From: the human T2T-CHM13v2.0 reference genome, Homo sapiens
NCBI RefSeq assembly: GCF_009914755.1
Contig: NC_060932.1
Strand: one strand, 5' to 3'
DNA length: 64,000 bases
Below the pieces are notes generated by a model. It was given only the letters and a program-made list of their open reading frames with translations. It ran no database searches and had not been told where the DNA came from. Positions 60,452 to 64,000 of the stretch are shown here, piece after piece. Each line of letters starts with the position of its first letter. Position 1 is the stretch's first letter. The position numbers and the translations under genes were made by a program.

Positions 60452-60735
60452 GGCTGTATGTAATATCAATAAGCAGTTAGTGCCTGGCATAGAGAAGAAA
60501 CTGCAAATGAACAATCCCAGCAGACAAAAAGGGAAAGAATATGAACTGGCAATTTACAGAAGAGGAATCACCAAGGGCTAATAAGCATATCAGAGATGCT
60601 AAAAAATTAGAGAAATGTTAATTTATTTAAACAATGATATGACTTGACCATTATTAGACAGAGTAATACTGAAAACCAGGATAATGGCAAGTGTGGGGTT
60701 TCAGGTCTCCTCCCACACCCCAGACCCAGCATGTA

Positions 60736-61429
60736 CAGTTCATCCTCATTATTCATGAATTTCATATTTGTGAATTTGCCTACTTGCTAAAATTTATCTA
60801 TAACTCCCAAATCAGCACTTATGGTGCTTTCATGGTCATTTGTGGACATGCAAAAAGCAATGAAAAATTTGAGTCTTCCAACATGCATGTTTTTAGCTGA
60901 GGTTGAACAAGATTGAACACTATGCTTTCTTGTTTGTGCTCCCATACTGTAAACAACTGTCCTTTTTACAATCTATTTAGTATCACATTTTTTGCATTTT
61001 TGGAATGTTTGTTTGGTGATTTTGGTGTTTAAAATGGCCTCCAGGTGAAGTGCTGTCTAGTGTTGCTAAGCCAAGAGACTGTGATGTGTCTTGCGGAGAA
61101 AATATGTGTGTTACATAAGCTTCCTTCAGGAATGAGTTACAGTGTTGTTGGAGTGGGTTCAATGTTAATGAATCAATTATACATATATATGTGTGCACGT
61201 GTGTGTTTATGTGTATACATATATACATATATAATATAAAATAAGGTATCTTTAAACAGAAACACACATAAAACAAGGTTGAGTACGGATGGGTTGACAA
61301 AAGTATAACCAGAGAATTTTAGGAACCTAAACTTGTATTTCCTGTTGGGAGCAATGGTTCAGTATTCACAAATTCAGGGTTTGTACAATTTTCTAGAACT
61401 TAACTACTGTGAATAATGAGAATCAAATA
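60736..61429 (+). mobile_element. MER82-like TcMar-Tigger element
   Basis: TA|CAGTTCATCCTCATTATTCA...TGAATAATGAGAATCAA inverted termini. Confidence 0.82.
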
Positions 61430-62589
61430 TGTGATAGCTATAGCCCTTGTTTTTCAGATGTCCAACTCCCTCTACTATTCTTTAAGCAATGATTGGTAAC
61501 CTGATTATTCAGTGGCTCCACTCAGTGGGACAGGTCAGCAGACAGCTGCCTTTTCTTCTCACTCCTGTGTTCTGCCAGAGCTCCCTTTCCCACCTTTTAA
61601 TAGCATAATTAGCAGATCTCATGGTTTTCAGTCATTTTTAAGCTCATTTTTGGAGATTTTAAAGTCGAATCCACTCTAAATCAAAGCCTCTTTAAGATCT
61701 GTCCTGGAGATGGTGGGTGGGGCGGTACGATCTACTTCTCTTCTTATATCTTGTTCTGTTGATGCTTTCCATGCACGCGTCAGTGGTGAGGAGGAAACAA
61801 ACGGGCAGGAATAAAGTCATAAGAACGGTGGGATGGCTGCTGATGTGATGCAGTTGTCAATGTCTGCAATAACAGGTGTCCAAATGCTCTCTCTCTTAGG
61901 GGCTTGATTTTGGCAGTCTTGGGAAGCCCTGCCCCTTTATGCCACCATTCTCCAATGAGGTAAGATTTCTCACTGAGCTGCATGCACATCCCAGCTCCTG
62001 TACACCAGTAGTAAATGTTTACAAATTCTTTCTGCAGGGATCTCTTTTCCCTGGCTGGCAACCCTCTTTGCTTCAAGGAGGCTTAAACATCCATTTGTGC
62101 TTCTTGACCCACCACATTACATTTCTGCTTGACCAACTGCTGAATCGCTTCCCAGGATCCTGCCATACTGAGCAGCTCTAGTCAGTCTCCTGGAGTTAGA
62201 ATTCTTCAACCAAGAGGCAAGAACCTTTTTCATGTAGGCCTGAAACCCCTGTGGACACATGTCAAGTTCTCTCAATAGCGTTTCTACCCGAATGCTGCCT
62301 ATGATCCTGGCAGCTTAGCAAGCCTCCAGCAGGACCATGAAATTGTAAATTCCCTATCTTCATGGACATCTCCTAGTTTGCCACCAATAACCTGTTTGGA
62401 GAATATGCCGTCAGACGTGGTGGTGGGGAAGGACAGTGCAGGGAGTGGTGGGGAGGAGAAATGTAAAGTGCTCTCTGATCTGAGGGACTCACACTTCAAA
62501 GTGCCTCTTCATTTAAGCTCCTTTTAAAACTCCAGTTCTCTTTTGTGGTTGTTGAGAAGAGTAGTTGCTGAACTGGCTTTGCTATCTTT

Positions 62590-64000
62590 GATTATCCTTT
62601 TAATTTTCACAGGATCAGTAGTGATGACTCCTTTTTCATTTCTGACATTGGTAATTTGTGTCTTCCTTTTTTTCCCTTAATCTGGCTAGCGGACAATCAA
62701 TTTTGTTGATCAGTTTTTCTGCCTTCTCCGGTTTTAATTGAGCATTTTATATGATACAATTTTATCACTTAGCATTTCATTGATTTTAAAAAATTGTTTT
62801 CCTGTTTTGAATTTTATTGATTTCTGTTATAATTTTTATTTTTATTTTTCTGTTTGCTTTAGGCTTAAATGGTTCTCTTTGTATGGTTTCTTAAGGTAGA
62901 GGCTTAGGTTATTGGTTTGTGAGCTTTTTCTTTTCTATTCAATACATTTAACGAGATAAATTTCCTTTTAAGCACCGCTTTTCTTGGATTTCACACATTT
63001 TGGTAAGTTGTATTTCCATTTTTATTTAGTTTGAAATATTTTTAAGTTTCTTTTGAGAGGTCTTTGATCCATGGGTTATTTTGAAGTGTGAGGCTAACTT
63101 CCAAATATTTAGGGTCTTTCCAGCTATTTTTCTGTTATTTGTTTCTAGTCCAATTCTACTGTAGTAAGGATTTGGTGTATGCCATTAATTTTGGAAAGTT
63201 CTCAGCTATAATTACTTTAAGTATTTCTTCTGCTTCCTCCTGCCTTACTTTATCTTTTGATATTCTAATTACACATCTGACATGTATGTTTTTCTCTTGT
63301 GTTTCACTCTGGGAAATTTCTATTGACCTGTCTTCACTCTCACTGAGTTTAAAATTTTTCCTCAGCTGTATCTAGTCTATTGATGAGAATACCATCAAAG
63401 GTATTCTTCATTTTTGTTATGGCATTTTCAATTTCTAGGATTTTCTTTAGATTTCTTTCTTAGCATTGCCATTGCCCTGTTTTCATTATCCATATGCTTG
63501 TGCGTATTATTTACTTTTTCCATTACAGTCCTTAAAATACAAATCATAGTTATTTTAAATTCCCTGTCTGACAAATCAAACATTTGTGTCATGTCTGAGT
63601 TTGGTTCTGACAATTTATCTCTTGAGGCTGTACTATTTCTTGGTTTTGGTATGCTTTGTAACTTTTTCTTGAAAGCTGAACATGTTTTATTGGGTTATGG
63701 GAACTGAGGTAAATAGGCCCTTGGCGTGGGGATTTATGTTAATCTGGCTAGGAGTTGGGCGATATTTAATGTTTGCTGTAGCTTTAAATGCCAGAGGCTT
63801 CAAATTCCTCTTGGGTGCTTGTTTGTGTCTCCTGTATTGTCTTTGGGTTTCCATAAGTGTTTCTTTTCAGAGAGAGCCTATGTCTTGTAGCTTTTGCAGC
63901 TGCGATCCACTGTTATACTGGAGCTCTGTTGGTGCAGAGGCAAGGTGCAGGGGGAGGAATAATATTGTATTATCTTTTGTTTAAACCTTAGCCTTTGTAT
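62590..64000 (-). mobile_element. Ancient L1M relics (ORF2 fragment, then ORF1/5' region)
   Basis: Minus translation MTQMFDLSDREFKITMICILRTVMEKVNN resembles old L1 ORF1 N-terminus. Confidence 0.7.

Noticed and set aside
61430-62590. Endogenous bornavirus-like (EBLN) origin
   Set aside because: Manual translation of the minus-strand frames and the listed ORFs showed no resemblance to the bornavirus N sequence as I recall it

Overview
Hominid (human-like) genomic DNA, inferred from an SVA, L1PA and AluS/J elements. It is repeat-dense intergenic or intronic sequence, and I recognise no intact protein-coding exon. Nearly all ORFs in the track are Alu, L1, SVA or microsatellite artefacts. Main contents: a full-length but dead L1PA4-like element (minus), an SVA carrying a ~160-bp 3' transduction, a 3'-truncated L1PA7/8-like element interrupted by a MER11 solo LTR, a rearranged ERVL relic, a processed pseudogene of SPRYD4 inside a four-layer transposon nest, a tailless 5S rRNA retrocopy, about 20 Alu/FLAM/FRAM copies and several DNA-transposon MITEs. 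The most unusual signal is two (possibly three) independent ~50-nt insertions. The two clear ones have a target-site duplication (TSD) and a short A tail, lack a poly(A) signal, and fold into two adjacent hairpins. They resemble the 5' end of ERV1-class LTR R regions, suggesting L1-retroposed, TAR-like short LTR transcripts. Subfamily names come from recalled consensus sequences and need Dfam/RepeatMasker confirmation.
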